This document shows, one piece after another, positions 23,318 to 33,683 of a stretch of DNA of 64,000 bases. Source of the stretch: an uncultured delta proteobacterium (GTDB taxonomy: Bacteria; Desulfobacterota; Binatia; Binatales; Binataceae). Every line of letters starts with the position of its first letter. Position 1 is the first letter of the stretch. The stretch is from assembly GCA_963711565.1 (NCBI GenBank), contig CAVQEQ010000003.1, positions 1,184,001 through 1,248,000 of the forward strand, written 5' to 3'. The translations under genes were made by a program, and so were the position numbers. The notes beneath the pieces are model-generated. The model was not told where the DNA came from. It saw only the letters and a list, made by a program, of their open reading frames with translations, and ran no database searches.

Positions 23318-23959
23318 ATGACGCATTGGGCGGAAGGCCACGCACGAACGGACCTGCGCCATGACCTCGGGGATCGCGAAGCCAAAGGCGTGCGCGCGTT
23401 CGTCGCGATCCGGATGAGCGAGCTCGTCGAGGAATCGGTTGCGAAGACGATCGACGAACTGAGGCGTCCGCACGACGGCGTGCGATGGGTGCCGCGGGCC
23501 AACCTGCATATTACGCTCAAGTTCTTGGGACCAGCGGTGGACGCGCATCAGTTGCAGCGACTCACCGGCGGCCTTCATCAGATCGCAACGAAGACCGCGC
23601 CATTCGAGGTCGCCGCGGTGGGAATCGGCGCTTTCCCCGACCTTGAGCATCCGCACGCGATTTGGGTGGGATTACGCAGTGTTGAAGCGGGTGCGCTCGC
23701 GGCGCTGGCAGCGCGGCTCGAGACAGTCGCGGCCAAGCACGGATTCGAGCGCGAGAAGCGACGATGGTCGGGGCATCTGACGATCGGGCGGGTCGGCGAT
23801 CGTCCAATCGCCGCCAAAACGCGCGAAGCGTTACAGGCAGCGCAAGACCGCGAGTTCGGCGTCTCGAAAATCGAATCGATCACGCTCTACCGCAGTCATT
23901 TAGGCCCCGCTGGCGCCAGCTACGAAGCGCTCGCGACATTCCTGTTTCAGTCGCGGTAG
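23318..23959 (+). CDS. thpR: RNA 2',3'-cyclic phosphodiesterase (start approximate)
   Basis: Two HxT motifs (NLHITLKFLG, GHLTIGR); directly upstream of recA. Confidence 0.9.
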   Translation: MTHWAEGHARTDLRHDLGDREAKGVRAFVAIRMSELVEESVAKTIDELRRPHDGVRWVPRANLHITLKFLGPAVDAHQLQRLTGGLHQIATKTAPFEVAAVGIGAFPDLEHPHAIWVGLRSVEAGALAALAARLETVAAKHGFEREKRRWSGHLTIGRVGDRPIAAKTREALQAAQDREFGVSKIESITLYRSHLGPAGASYEALATFLFQSR

Positions 23960-24127
23960 CTGCGAGAGTTTTGGCGTTGACAGGAAGTCACAATTGGTTC
24001 TTTCCGTAACACCAACGTTGTGTTGTCAACAGCCCTGTGGACACCGACGGTAACGCGGATAGAGCTATCGACGTGAGTTTATGGCAAGATTCGCACGCAA
24101 TAAACAAATCCCGCGTGAGCAAATACG

Positions 24128-25198
24128 ATGGCGATAGAAATCAAAAGTAAAGCGCTCGATCTGGCGCTCAGCCAAATCGAGAAACAGTTCGGCAAGGGCT
24201 CGATCATGAAACTCGGCGAGCAGGCAATTTCCGCCGACATCGCGGTGGTCCCGACCGGCTCGCTCGGCCTCGACGTCGCGCTCGGCGTCGGCGGATTGCC
24301 GCGCGGGCGCGTGGTGGAAATCTACGGACCCGAGTCGTCGGGCAAGACGACGCTCGCGCTGGAATGTATCGCGGAAGCGCAGAAGATGGGCGGGACGTGC
24401 GCGTTTATCGACGCCGAACACGCGCTCGACGCCGCCTACGCGCGCAAGCTCGGCGTCAAAGTCGAGGACCTGCTCATCTCGCAGCCCGACAACGGCGAGC
24501 AGGCGCTCGAAATAACCGAGACGCTTGTGCAATCGGGCGCGATCGACGTGCTGGTGATCGATTCGGTCGCGGCGCTCGTGCCGCGCGCGGAAATCGAAGG
24601 CGAGATGGGTGAGCCGCAGATGGGCTTGCAGGCCCGCCTGATGTCGCAAGCGCTGCGCAAGCTGACGTCGATCATCTCGCGCTCGCGCACGATCGTTATC
24701 TTCATCAACCAGATCCGGATGAAGATTGGCGTGATGTTCGGCAACCCGGAAACGACCACCGGCGGCAACGCGCTGAAGTTTTACTCGTCGGTGCGACTCG
24801 ACATCCGGCGTATCGGCACGATCAAGAATGCGACCGAAGTGATCGGCTCTCGCACCAAGGTCAAAGTGGTGAAGAACAAGGTCGCGCCCCCGTTTCGCGA
24901 GGCCGAGTTCGACATCCTGTACGGCACCGGCATCTCGAAGGAAGGCGAGCTGGTCGACATGGCGAGCGAGCACAACATCATCGAGAAGCTCGGCGCGTGG
25001 TACTCGTACAACGGCGAGCGAATCGGCCAGGGCCGCGAGAACGCGCGCGACCTGCTCAAGGCAAATCCGAAGCTGGCCGAGGAGATCGAATCAAAGGTGC
25101 GCGAAAAGCTAGCCGCCAAGCCAGTCGCACTACCCCCGGAAGCCGCCGTCGAAGAACCCGAACCCGCGCCAGCGCAAGCCCCCAAGAAAAAAGGCTGA
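24128..25198 (+). CDS. recA: Recombinase A
   Basis: [36 protein letters not shown]. Confidence 0.99.
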   Translation: MAIEIKSKALDLALSQIEKQFGKGSIMKLGEQAISADIAVVPTGSLGLDVALGVGGLPRGRVVEIYGPESSGKTTLALECIAEAQKMGGTCAFIDAEHALDAAYARKLGVKVEDLLISQPDNGEQALEITETLVQSGAIDVLVIDSVAALVPRAEIEGEMGEPQMGLQARLMSQALRKLTSIISRSRTIVIFINQIRMKIGVMFGNPETTTGGNALKFYSSVRLDIRRIGTIKNATEVIGSRTKVKVVKNKVAPPFREAEFDILYGTGISKEGELVDMASEHNIIEKLGAWYSYNGERIGQGRENARDLLKANPKLAEEIESKVREKLAAKPVALPPEAAVEEPEPAPAQAPKKKG

Positions 25199-25208
25199 CG
25201 TCTTAAAT

Positions 25209-25268
25209 ACTGGGTGCAGGGGTCACCCCTGCCGAAGGAAGCGTGAAACCCACCGCGGGTTTCACATT
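25209..25268 (+). repeat. Dispersed double-hairpin repeat family A
   Basis: ACTGGGT-GCAGGGG-TCA-CCCCTGC-CGAAGGAAGC-GTGAAACCC-ACCGC-GGGTTTCAC-ATT, just after the recA stop. Confidence 0.85.
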
Positions 25269-25280
25269 CAATTAGTCTCC

Positions 25281-26261
25281 TCACATCCCTACATGGAAAT
25301 GCGCGAGTATCGCCGGCCCGTTGTGCGACAGTATCCGCGATAGTGCGAATATCAGCCCGAAGAACGCGCCGAACAGGCCGCCGTTGACGCGAATCCAGTC
25401 GAGATGCGTGCGCGTCTTCGATTCAATCTGAATCCTGATCTGATCGTCCGACAGCCGCGCGAGATTCTCGCGGACCATCAGCGTTATCTGGCCACGGCTC
25501 GATTCCACCGTCCTGCGCACCAGGTTGTCGATCAATCGCTGCGCAAATTGATTCGCGTAGCTCTCGGGATCGTGCAGCTGAATTCCGAACTCGTGAATCG
25601 CGCTTTCGATCGTGTCGCGCAGCTCGGGATCGTTCTGCAGCTCGGGCAGCCGCTTGCGCAGGTTCGCCGCGATACGCGCGCCGATCGACTCCGCTCCGAA
25701 CCGGCTCATCACCGCATAGATTCGCGTGACAGTCTTCGGCAGCATCCGCTTGAGCACTTTCTCGAGTCGCTCGCGTTTCTCCGCTGAATCGAGGTAATCA
25801 ATCGCCTGCGTGATTATCCGCTCAAGGCCGGCCTGCCCCAGTATGTCGTTGAGCGTAAGTTCCTGCAGATACGTGCCGAGGCGGCCGACGAGATCCATAT
25901 CGCCGAGCTTGCGCCCAATCATCTGCGGCGTAAGCCATTCGTTCTCGATCGTCGCGGCGATTCCATCGATCAGCTTGGCGCGATTTCGCGGCAGCACGCC
26001 GGAGTTCGGCAGGTACCATCGCCGCTCGAAGATCATTTTGAGCGCGATATAGTCGCAGAGGCCGCCGATGAGCGCCGCCTCCGCCATCGAGACCGCAATC
26101 TCCGACAACGTCTTGAAATGCGTAAACATCAGGGCGGCCAGGCTGACGAGGTAGATGAAGAACGAAAACGCCAGCGTCAGATCGCCCTTGTGCATGAGAA
26201 AAAAGTTGGTGAACGAGAAAGGCTCGCGGGTGCGGGTAGGCGCGTCGATAGTGATGTCCAT
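25281..26261 (-). CDS. DUF445 family membrane protein
   Basis: AEAALIGGLCDYIALKMIF, HLDWIRVNGGLFG. Confidence 0.85.
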   Translation of the reverse strand: MDITIDAPTRTREPFSFTNFFLMHKGDLTLAFSFFIYLVSLAALMFTHFKTLSEIAVSMAEAALIGGLCDYIALKMIFERRWYLPNSGVLPRNRAKLIDGIAATIENEWLTPQMIGRKLGDMDLVGRLGTYLQELTLNDILGQAGLERIITQAIDYLDSAEKRERLEKVLKRMLPKTVTRIYAVMSRFGAESIGARIAANLRKRLPELQNDPELRDTIESAIHEFGIQLHDPESYANQFAQRLIDNLVRRTVESSRGQITLMVRENLARLSDDQIRIQIESKTRTHLDWIRVNGGLFGAFFGLIFALSRILSHNGPAILAHFHVGM

Positions 26262-26330
26262 GAGATCCAGTGTGTCCGACGCATCGCGTCGGGCCAACCG
26301 CTCGCCGCAGTCGAAACCCTGCTTCTCCAA

Positions 26331-26585
26331 TAACCTCTCCTTGTCCGAGGAGAGGTCGGCGAAAGCCGCGCAGCGGTGTCGCCGGGTGAGGTGCAACGCC
26401 CGACACAGCACTCACCCCAACTCATCTAACCGCAATTCACCGACACTGGTCCGACGCCAACCAGCAGCACGACTTTCTGACTTCCTGCAGAAAGTACAAC
26501 GCGCTCACTGCGACGGCTGGCGTTGCACCTCTCCCGTCGCTCACCTTCGGCTCGCGCCGACCTCTCCTCGGACAAGGAGAGGTTA
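26331..26585. repeat. 255-bp element with long terminal inverted repeats (REPIN/MITE-like)
   Basis: 31-bp perfect inverted repeat TAACCTCTCCTTGTCCGAGGAGAGGTCGGCG at both ends plus an inner GAGGTGCAACGCC inverted repeat. Confidence 0.85.
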
Positions 26586-26635
26586 AGATCATTCAATTGA
26601 GTGATTTACCCTTCCCCGGCTAGAATCAGAACGAC

Positions 26636-29305
26636 ATGCGCTGGACTACCGCAAAAATTCGCCAATCGTTTCTCGACTTCTTCGCCGAGCGCGGTCACAC
26701 GATCGTGCCCTCTGCCTCGCTGATTCCCAAGGGCGACCCGACCCTGCTCTTCGTCAACGCCGGGATGGTGCAGTTCAAGGATTATTTCCTCGGCGTGCGC
26801 ACGCCGTCGCATCTGCGCGTAGTGGACATTCAGAAGTGTCTCCGCATATCGGGCAAACACAACGATCTCGAAGCCGTCGGCCGCGACACTTACCATCACA
26901 CGTTTTTCGAGATGCTCGGCAACTGGTCGTTCGGCGACTACTACAAGGAAGAAGCCATTCGATGGCATTGGGAGCTCATCACCAGGGTCTGGGAAATCGA
27001 TCCGAAGCTGCTCTATGCGACCGTGCACAAGGACGACAAAGAGTCCAAGGACATCTGGCTGAAGCTCAAAGTCCTTCCGCCAGAGCGGATTCTTGAATTC
27101 GGCGACAAGGATAATTTCTGGGAGATGGGCGAGACGGGCCCATGCGGTCCGTGCTCGGAAATCAGCATCGATCGCGGCGAAGCTGCGTGCACGCCGGAAA
27201 AGAATCACGCGGGCGAGAAATGCTTCGTCAACGTTGACGGATGCGAGCGCTTCATCGAGATGGGCAATCTCGTTTTCATCCAATATAACCGCGACGCGTC
27301 GGGCAAGCTGAATCCGCTCGCGAAAAAGCACGTCGATACGGGTTCAGGACTCGAGCGTATTGCGGCGGCAATGCAAAGCATCGAGACCGGTAAGATCCTC
27401 GGCAACTACGAGATCGATCTGTTCCAGACGATAATCAAAAAAATCGAAATAGCCGCGAAGGAAGTCGGCAACGGCAGCCCGTACGGCACGGACGAGGAAC
27501 GCGACATCTCTTATCGCGCTATTGCGGATCACGCGCGCACGATGACCTTTCTCATCGCGGACGGCATCACGCCCGGCAACACCGATCGCGAGTACGTGCT
27601 CCGCCGAATCATTCGGCGCGCCGCCCGTCACGGCCGCTATCTTGGAATCCATCGCCCCTTCCTTGCGGCGGCGCATGCGGGCGTGGTCGAGGCGATGGGC
27701 GCTGCGTATCCAGAGATCAAAGCCGCAGCGGCCAAGACCGGCGAGGTGATCACGCAGGAGGAGTCGCGCTTCGGCGAGACGCTCGATCGTGGGCTGGAAC
27801 TGATCGACACCGAACTCGCGCGGATCAAGAAGAGCGGCGGTCACACGCTGCCCGGCGAGATCGCGTTCAAGCTCTACGATACTTACGGCTTCCCGCTCGA
27901 TCTGACCGAGGACGTGCTGCGCAACCACTCGATGGATGTCGACGTCGCCGGCTTCAACCGCCTGATGGACGAGCAGAAGGAGCGCGGTCGTGCCGCGCGC
28001 AAGGACGACGGTGTCGCGCCGGAGATCAGTCTCGGCGCGGGCACCGCGTCGCGATTCGTCGGCTACCACGACTACGACGCCGAGTCCGAAGTGCTGGCAG
28101 CCGCGGGCGGCAAGGACGCCGATCACGTAGCAATTGTCGTCGCGGAAACGCCCTTCTATCCCGAGGGCGGCGGCCAGGTCGGAGACCGCGGCGTGATCGA
28201 GACGGCGTCAGGCGCGATTCTCGAAGTATCGGACACGCGCAAGGCCGAAGGCTCGATTGTTCACGTCGGCCGGATTCTGCGCGGCAATGCGGAGGACTTC
28301 GCGCGCGGCGCGCGCGTCAAGCTCAAGGTCGATCGGCTCAGGCGCGACGCGGCGATGCTGAATCATTCCGCGACCCACATCCTGCACTACGCGCTGCGCG
28401 ACGTGCTCGGCAGTTCGGTGCATCAGGCGGGCTCGCTGGTCGATCCCGACAAGCTGCGCTTCGATTTCGCGCATCAGGGGCCGGTCAAGGACGACGCGCT
28501 CGCGACTATCGAGGAAGAAATCAACGCGCGCATCCGCGAGAACGCCGAAGTGACCGTCGAGGAAATGGCGTACGACGACGCGATCAAGGCGGGCGCGCTC
28601 GCATTCTTCGGCGACAAGTACGGCGACCGCGTGCGCGTGGTCAGGATGGGCGATTTTTCGGTCGAGCTATGCGGCGGCACGCATATCTCGCGCACGGGAG
28701 ACGTTGGGATGTTCAAGCTCGAAGCGGAATCGGGAGTCGCAGCGGGCGTGCGCCGAATCGAAGCCGTGACGGGACAGGGCGCGCTCGAAACGATTCGCAA
28801 GCGCGAGAAAATTCTCGAGGAAATCGGCGCGCAGCTTGGCGCACGCGATGGCGCCGCGGTCGAGCGGCTCGAAAAACTCCTCGCGCGCGAAAAGGAGCTC
28901 GAGAAAAAGCTGCGCGCGATGGAACAGAAGCTCGCGACCGGCGCCGGCGGCGCGTCATCCGAGGAAAATGTACGCGACGTCGGCGGCATCAAAGTCGTCA
29001 CGCGCAAACTCGACGGCGTCGATCCGCGCACGATGCGCGAGATGGCCGATCGGATGCGTCAGAAGCACGGCTCCGCGGTAGTCGCGCTCGGCTCGGACCT
29101 CGGCGACGGCAAGGTGGCGCTGCTGGTCGCGGTAACCCCCGACCTGACGGCGAAAATCAAAGCCGGCGACATCATCAAGAATATCGCGCCGATCGTCGGC
29201 GGTACCGGCGGCGGCCGCCCCGACCTCGCGCAAGCCGGCGGCCGCGACGCCTCGAAGCTCGACGAGGCGCTGGCCAAAGTCGCGAAAATCTGCGAACAAC
29301 CGTAG
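26636..29305 (+). CDS. alaS: Alanine--tRNA ligase
   Basis: DPTLLFVNAGM, HHTFFEMLGNWSFGDYYK, NHSATH, ELCGGTH, GGGRPDLAQAGG. Confidence 0.99.
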   Translation: MRWTTAKIRQSFLDFFAERGHTIVPSASLIPKGDPTLLFVNAGMVQFKDYFLGVRTPSHLRVVDIQKCLRISGKHNDLEAVGRDTYHHTFFEMLGNWSFGDYYKEEAIRWHWELITRVWEIDPKLLYATVHKDDKESKDIWLKLKVLPPERILEFGDKDNFWEMGETGPCGPCSEISIDRGEAACTPEKNHAGEKCFVNVDGCERFIEMGNLVFIQYNRDASGKLNPLAKKHVDTGSGLERIAAAMQSIETGKILGNYEIDLFQTIIKKIEIAAKEVGNGSPYGTDEERDISYRAIADHARTMTFLIADGITPGNTDREYVLRRIIRRAARHGRYLGIHRPFLAAAHAGVVEAMGAAYPEIKAAAAKTGEVITQEESRFGETLDRGLELIDTELARIKKSGGHTLPGEIAFKLYDTYGFPLDLTEDVLRNHSMDVDVAGFNRLMDEQKERGRAARKDDGVAPEISLGAGTASRFVGYHDYDAESEVLAAAGGKDADHVAIVVAETPFYPEGGGQVGDRGVIETASGAILEVSDTRKAEGSIVHVGRILRGNAEDFARGARVKLKVDRLRRDAAMLNHSATHILHYALRDVLGSSVHQAGSLVDPDKLRFDFAHQGPVKDDALATIEEEINARIRENAEVTVEEMAYDDAIKAGALAFFGDKYGDRVRVVRMGDFSVELCGGTHISRTGDVGMFKLEAESGVAAGVRRIEAVTGQGALETIRKREKILEEIGAQLGARDGAAVERLEKLLAREKELEKKLRAMEQKLATGAGGASSEENVRDVGGIKVVTRKLDGVDPRTMREMADRMRQKHGSAVVALGSDLGDGKVALLVAVTPDLTAKIKAGDIIKNIAPIVGGTGGGRPDLAQAGGRDASKLDEALAKVAKICEQP

Positions 29306-29406
29306 GACGGAATTTATTCCGTCGCCGCAGCCTCAGAACCGACGCGCAATACCTCGTCCAATTCGGGAAAGGAAAACAAGGGCCGACGAAATAAATTTCG
29401 TCCTAC
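29302..29406. repeat. GTAG-family REP doublet (REPIN)
   Basis: GTAG-GACGGAAT-TT-ATTCCGTC with an inverted copy GTAG-GACGAAAT-TT-ATTTCGTC; the left GTAG contains the alaS stop. Confidence 0.85.
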
Positions 29407-29522
29407 TTTGCAGCCACTTTCATACACCTCTCAAAATGATTACCATTAGCCTCGCCGGTGATTGAACGAATGCCGACCGGCGGGCGACCGACACGAAATC
29501 AGTACCTCAAGAGGCCCCGGCG

Positions 29523-30535
<1,013 letters not shown>

Positions 30536-30539
<4 letters not shown>

Positions 30540-31030
30540 AGCGCGTGACGGTCGAGTTCCGGTGCGCGACGGCGCGCGGACGTGGCTACGCGCGCGGCCT
30601 GCGCGCCGACGCGGATAGGCTGATGCGCGCGGCGGGTCTCGGTGAATGCGAGTTGTCGCTCACGCTGACCTCGGACCGCGCGATGCGCCGGCTGAATCGC
30701 GACTTCCGCGGAATCGATACGCCCACGGACGTTCTCTCCTTCTCGCAGATCGAGCAGGCGGGCGTCGCGCCACCGAATCCGCGCAACGTGAGGAACAGTC
30801 CGGGACTTCCCGTCGGCGACGTGGTCATTTCGATCGATACCGCACTCCGGCAGGCGCGTGAGTATCAAGTGAGCCCTACGTCGCGATTGCGCACGCTCCT
30901 GATTCACGGGTTTCTGCATCTGATCGGCTACGACCACGAACGCTCGGCCGCAGACGCGCGGCGAATGTTCGCGCGCGAGCGAAAGCTGGCCGCGAAGATC
31001 GAAGAGAAGGGGGGCGATTGTTCGCGATGA
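30536..31030 (+). CDS. ybeY: rRNA maturation endoribonuclease YbeY
   Basis: LNRDFRGIDTPTDVLSF, HGFLHLIGYDH. Confidence 0.95.
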
Positions 31031-31581
31031 GCCGCGAGCTCGCAAAGATTCCCGCAGTTGCGATGCTGACGCATTTCACGCGCGCCTCGACCGCCGCGAC
31101 TGCGCTGGACAACCTCGTGACGATTCTCAAGGATGGCGTGATTCGCGGCGGCACTCGCATGATCCGCGGCGCGCATCCCGCGGTTTGCATGTTCGACGTG
31201 CCGATCCCCGAGTTGCGCACGATACTCGACCGGCGCAATCGGCGCCGCTATGAACCATTCGGGATCGCCGTCAACAAACGCTATGCTTTCACAATGGGTG
31301 CGCGGCCGGTGATTTATTTGCCATGGCGCGAGGCGGAGAAAATTCTCGCGCCGGAAGAAAGTTGGCGCGTGGTGTCGCTTGAGATCGACAAGACTCCGCC
31401 GATCGATTGGAGCTTCGAGCGCGAATGGCGCGCCGCCGGCGATCTTAGGTTCGAACCGCCGCTGACGGCCGCGCTGGTCGAAACCTGGAAGGACGTGGAC
31501 GAGATCTTCGAGCGCTTCAACGGCCGCCCGCCATGCGCCGGCGTGATTCCTGTTGCCGAGATGTTTGGCTCCCCCGCCTGA
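31027..31581 (+). CDS. AbiGi/DUF2743-like protein (putative ADP-ribosyltransferase-like fold)
   Basis: LTHFT, LVTILKDG, VCMFDVP, YEPFGIAVNK, GARPVIY, DWSFEREWR; ATGA-coupled to ybeY. Confidence 0.6.
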   Translation: MSRELAKIPAVAMLTHFTRASTAATALDNLVTILKDGVIRGGTRMIRGAHPAVCMFDVPIPELRTILDRRNRRRYEPFGIAVNKRYAFTMGARPVIYLPWREAEKILAPEESWRVVSLEIDKTPPIDWSFEREWRAAGDLRFEPPLTAALVETWKDVDEIFERFNGRPPCAGVIPVAEMFGSPA

Positions 31582-31583
31582 CG

Positions 31584-33215
31584 ATGTCGTCGAACAACGC
31601 AACGCGCGCGGCGCTCGCCGTAGCCAGCGGTCTCGCGCTGGGGCTGGCATTTCCGAAGTTCGACTTCGGACTGCTGGCGTGGGTGGCGCTGGTGCCGCTG
31701 TTTTACGTGATCGAAGGCGAGAGCATGCGGCGCGTATTCGGCTGGGCCTACCTGCAAGGCTTCGCCGCGAACGTCGTGGAGCTCTACTGGATTCCGATTC
31801 CGCTGCACGACTTCGCCGACGTGCCGATGAAGTTCGCGATCTTCCCGATGCTGGCGCTGGCGGCAATCGTCGCGGTCAACACGGCGGTTGCGATCTGGGC
31901 GGGTGAATTGGTCGCGCGGCGGATGCGAATCCCGGCGGTGGTCACGATGCCGGTTGCGTGGACGGCGCTCGAATGGTTTCGCACGTACGTTCCCGCCTCT
32001 TTCCCATGGAACCTGCTCGGTTACGCGGCGTATCGAAATCTTGAGCTGATCCAATTCGCCGAATTCACCGGCGTTTACGGCGTCTCGGCGCTGATCGTGT
32101 TTTTCAACGCCGTCGTGTACGTCGTGATTTTTCGCCGCGGCGCCTATCGCCTGCAGACCGTCAGCCTGAGCGTGCTGACCGCTATGATGATCGCGCTGGT
32201 CGCGTTTGGCGCGTGGCGAATCAGTAATCTGAAAGACGCGCCGGCTACGGGAAGCTTCAAGGTCGCGATGGTGCAGGGAAATATTCCGCAATCGCTCAAG
32301 TGGGATCCGAAGTTCTTGCCGCAGAGTTATGGAGTTTACCAGGATGAAACCGCGGACGCGGCGAAGCGCGGCGCCGACGTGGTCGTGTGGCCCGAGGCGG
32401 CGGCGGCGTTCCTGTTCCAGCCCGACGATCAATATCCCGTCGAACTCGCGGGCGACGCGGCATATCGCACCGCGCTACTCACGCTCGCGAAGGACCAGCA
32501 CGAGCCGATATTGTTCGGCGCTCCCGCGCTGGCGCGCGTCGACGGGCGGCTGGGATTTTACAATCGCGCGTACCTCGTCTCGGCCAACGGCCAAGGCGAA
32601 GTGGATGCGCATTACGACAAGATCGAGCTGGTGCCGTTCGGCGAGTATGTTCCCGCGCGCGCGATTCTCGGCTTCTTCGTCAACAAGATCGTGAGCGGTT
32701 TCGGCGATTTGATTCCCGGAAGCGAGCAGACGCTGTTCGACCTCAAGGGCGCGAAGCTTGGAATTTTGATTTGCTACGAGAGTATCTTTCCCGATCTAAC
32801 GCGGCGCGAGGTGAACGAAGGCGCCGACGTACTCGTCAACATCACCAACGACGCGTGGTACGGCGAGAGTTCGGCGCCATACCAGGTGTTGGCGATGGCG
32901 GCGCTGCGCTCGGTCGAGACCAAGGTGCCGATGGTGCGGGTGGCGAATACGGGAATCAGCGCGCTGATCGAGCCGTCGGGGCTGATCACGAATCGCACGC
33001 CGCTGTTCAAGCGCGGCACGGAGATCGTGGACGTGTCCTGGCGCCCGGTGCGGACGCTCTACACGATGGTCGGCGATCTGTTCGCGGAGACATGCTTCGC
33101 GCTGACGTTGATCGGACTGATCATGGCCTGGCGATGGCCTCGTCCGGCTGCGGTTGAAGCCGTTCAATCGCGACGCGTTGCGACCAACGGCAGACCGCGG
33201 CGAAGTCATGCTTGA
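31584..33215 (+). CDS. lnt: Apolipoprotein N-acyltransferase
   Basis: VQGNIPQ, WPEAA, YDKIELVPFGEY, ICYESIFP, TNDAWYG, RVANTGISA. Confidence 0.96.
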   Translation: MSSNNATRAALAVASGLALGLAFPKFDFGLLAWVALVPLFYVIEGESMRRVFGWAYLQGFAANVVELYWIPIPLHDFADVPMKFAIFPMLALAAIVAVNTAVAIWAGELVARRMRIPAVVTMPVAWTALEWFRTYVPASFPWNLLGYAAYRNLELIQFAEFTGVYGVSALIVFFNAVVYVVIFRRGAYRLQTVSLSVLTAMMIALVAFGAWRISNLKDAPATGSFKVAMVQGNIPQSLKWDPKFLPQSYGVYQDETADAAKRGADVVVWPEAAAAFLFQPDDQYPVELAGDAAYRTALLTLAKDQHEPILFGAPALARVDGRLGFYNRAYLVSANGQGEVDAHYDKIELVPFGEYVPARAILGFFVNKIVSGFGDLIPGSEQTLFDLKGAKLGILICYESIFPDLTRREVNEGADVLVNITNDAWYGESSAPYQVLAMAALRSVETKVPMVRVANTGISALIEPSGLITNRTPLFKRGTEIVDVSWRPVRTLYTMVGDLFAETCFALTLIGLIMAWRWPRPAAVEAVQSRRVATNGRPRRSHA

Positions 33216-33270
33216 CCCGCAGCATTACCATATAGTCAACGGTCGGCATCTTGCTCGGGGGAAAACCAGT

Positions 33271-33600
33271 ATGTGTCGCAAGATTATGCTCACGTTAATG
33301 GCAACGTGCGGTTTTTCACTTGCCATTCCGTTCCTGCCAAACGTGTCGCGAGCTGCATGCACGCGGACGGAGAAGTTAGAGTACGTGCGACAGGGCTTCG
33401 CGAAATCCGAGGTCGATCATATGTGCAGCGATGATTCTTCTGATAACGACGCCGGCTCGAATCCATTATCTGATTCGACGCAACAATCATCGACCTGCTT
33501 CACGGAGAGCGGTGTCTGTCAATTGACGACGATCGCGCCGCTCTCTTACCCATGTACGTGCATCATTGGAAATATAATCTTGCACGGCCTTAGCCAATGA
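33271..33600 (+). CDS. Small secreted Cys-rich protein
   Basis: Signal peptide; six Cys in the mature part (CFTESGVC...PCTC); more AT-rich than flanks. Confidence 0.6.
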   Translation: MCRKIMLTLMATCGFSLAIPFLPNVSRAACTRTEKLEYVRQGFAKSEVDHMCSDDSSDNDAGSNPLSDSTQQSSTCFTESGVCQLTTIAPLSYPCTCIIGNIILHGLSQ

Positions 33601-33683
33601 CGCAGCGGCCCCATTAATCCCAGCTCGGCTTCGTGACATAATACGTGAGTCGGCGCTCAACGCCGGCGTGAGGTTTGATCCAG

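Noticed and set aside
23960-24127. LexA/SOS box upstream of recA
   Set aside because: GGTTCTTTCCGTAACACC only partly resembles known boxes; no match to CTGT-N8-ACAG, GAAC-N4-GTTC or GTTC-N7-GTTC.
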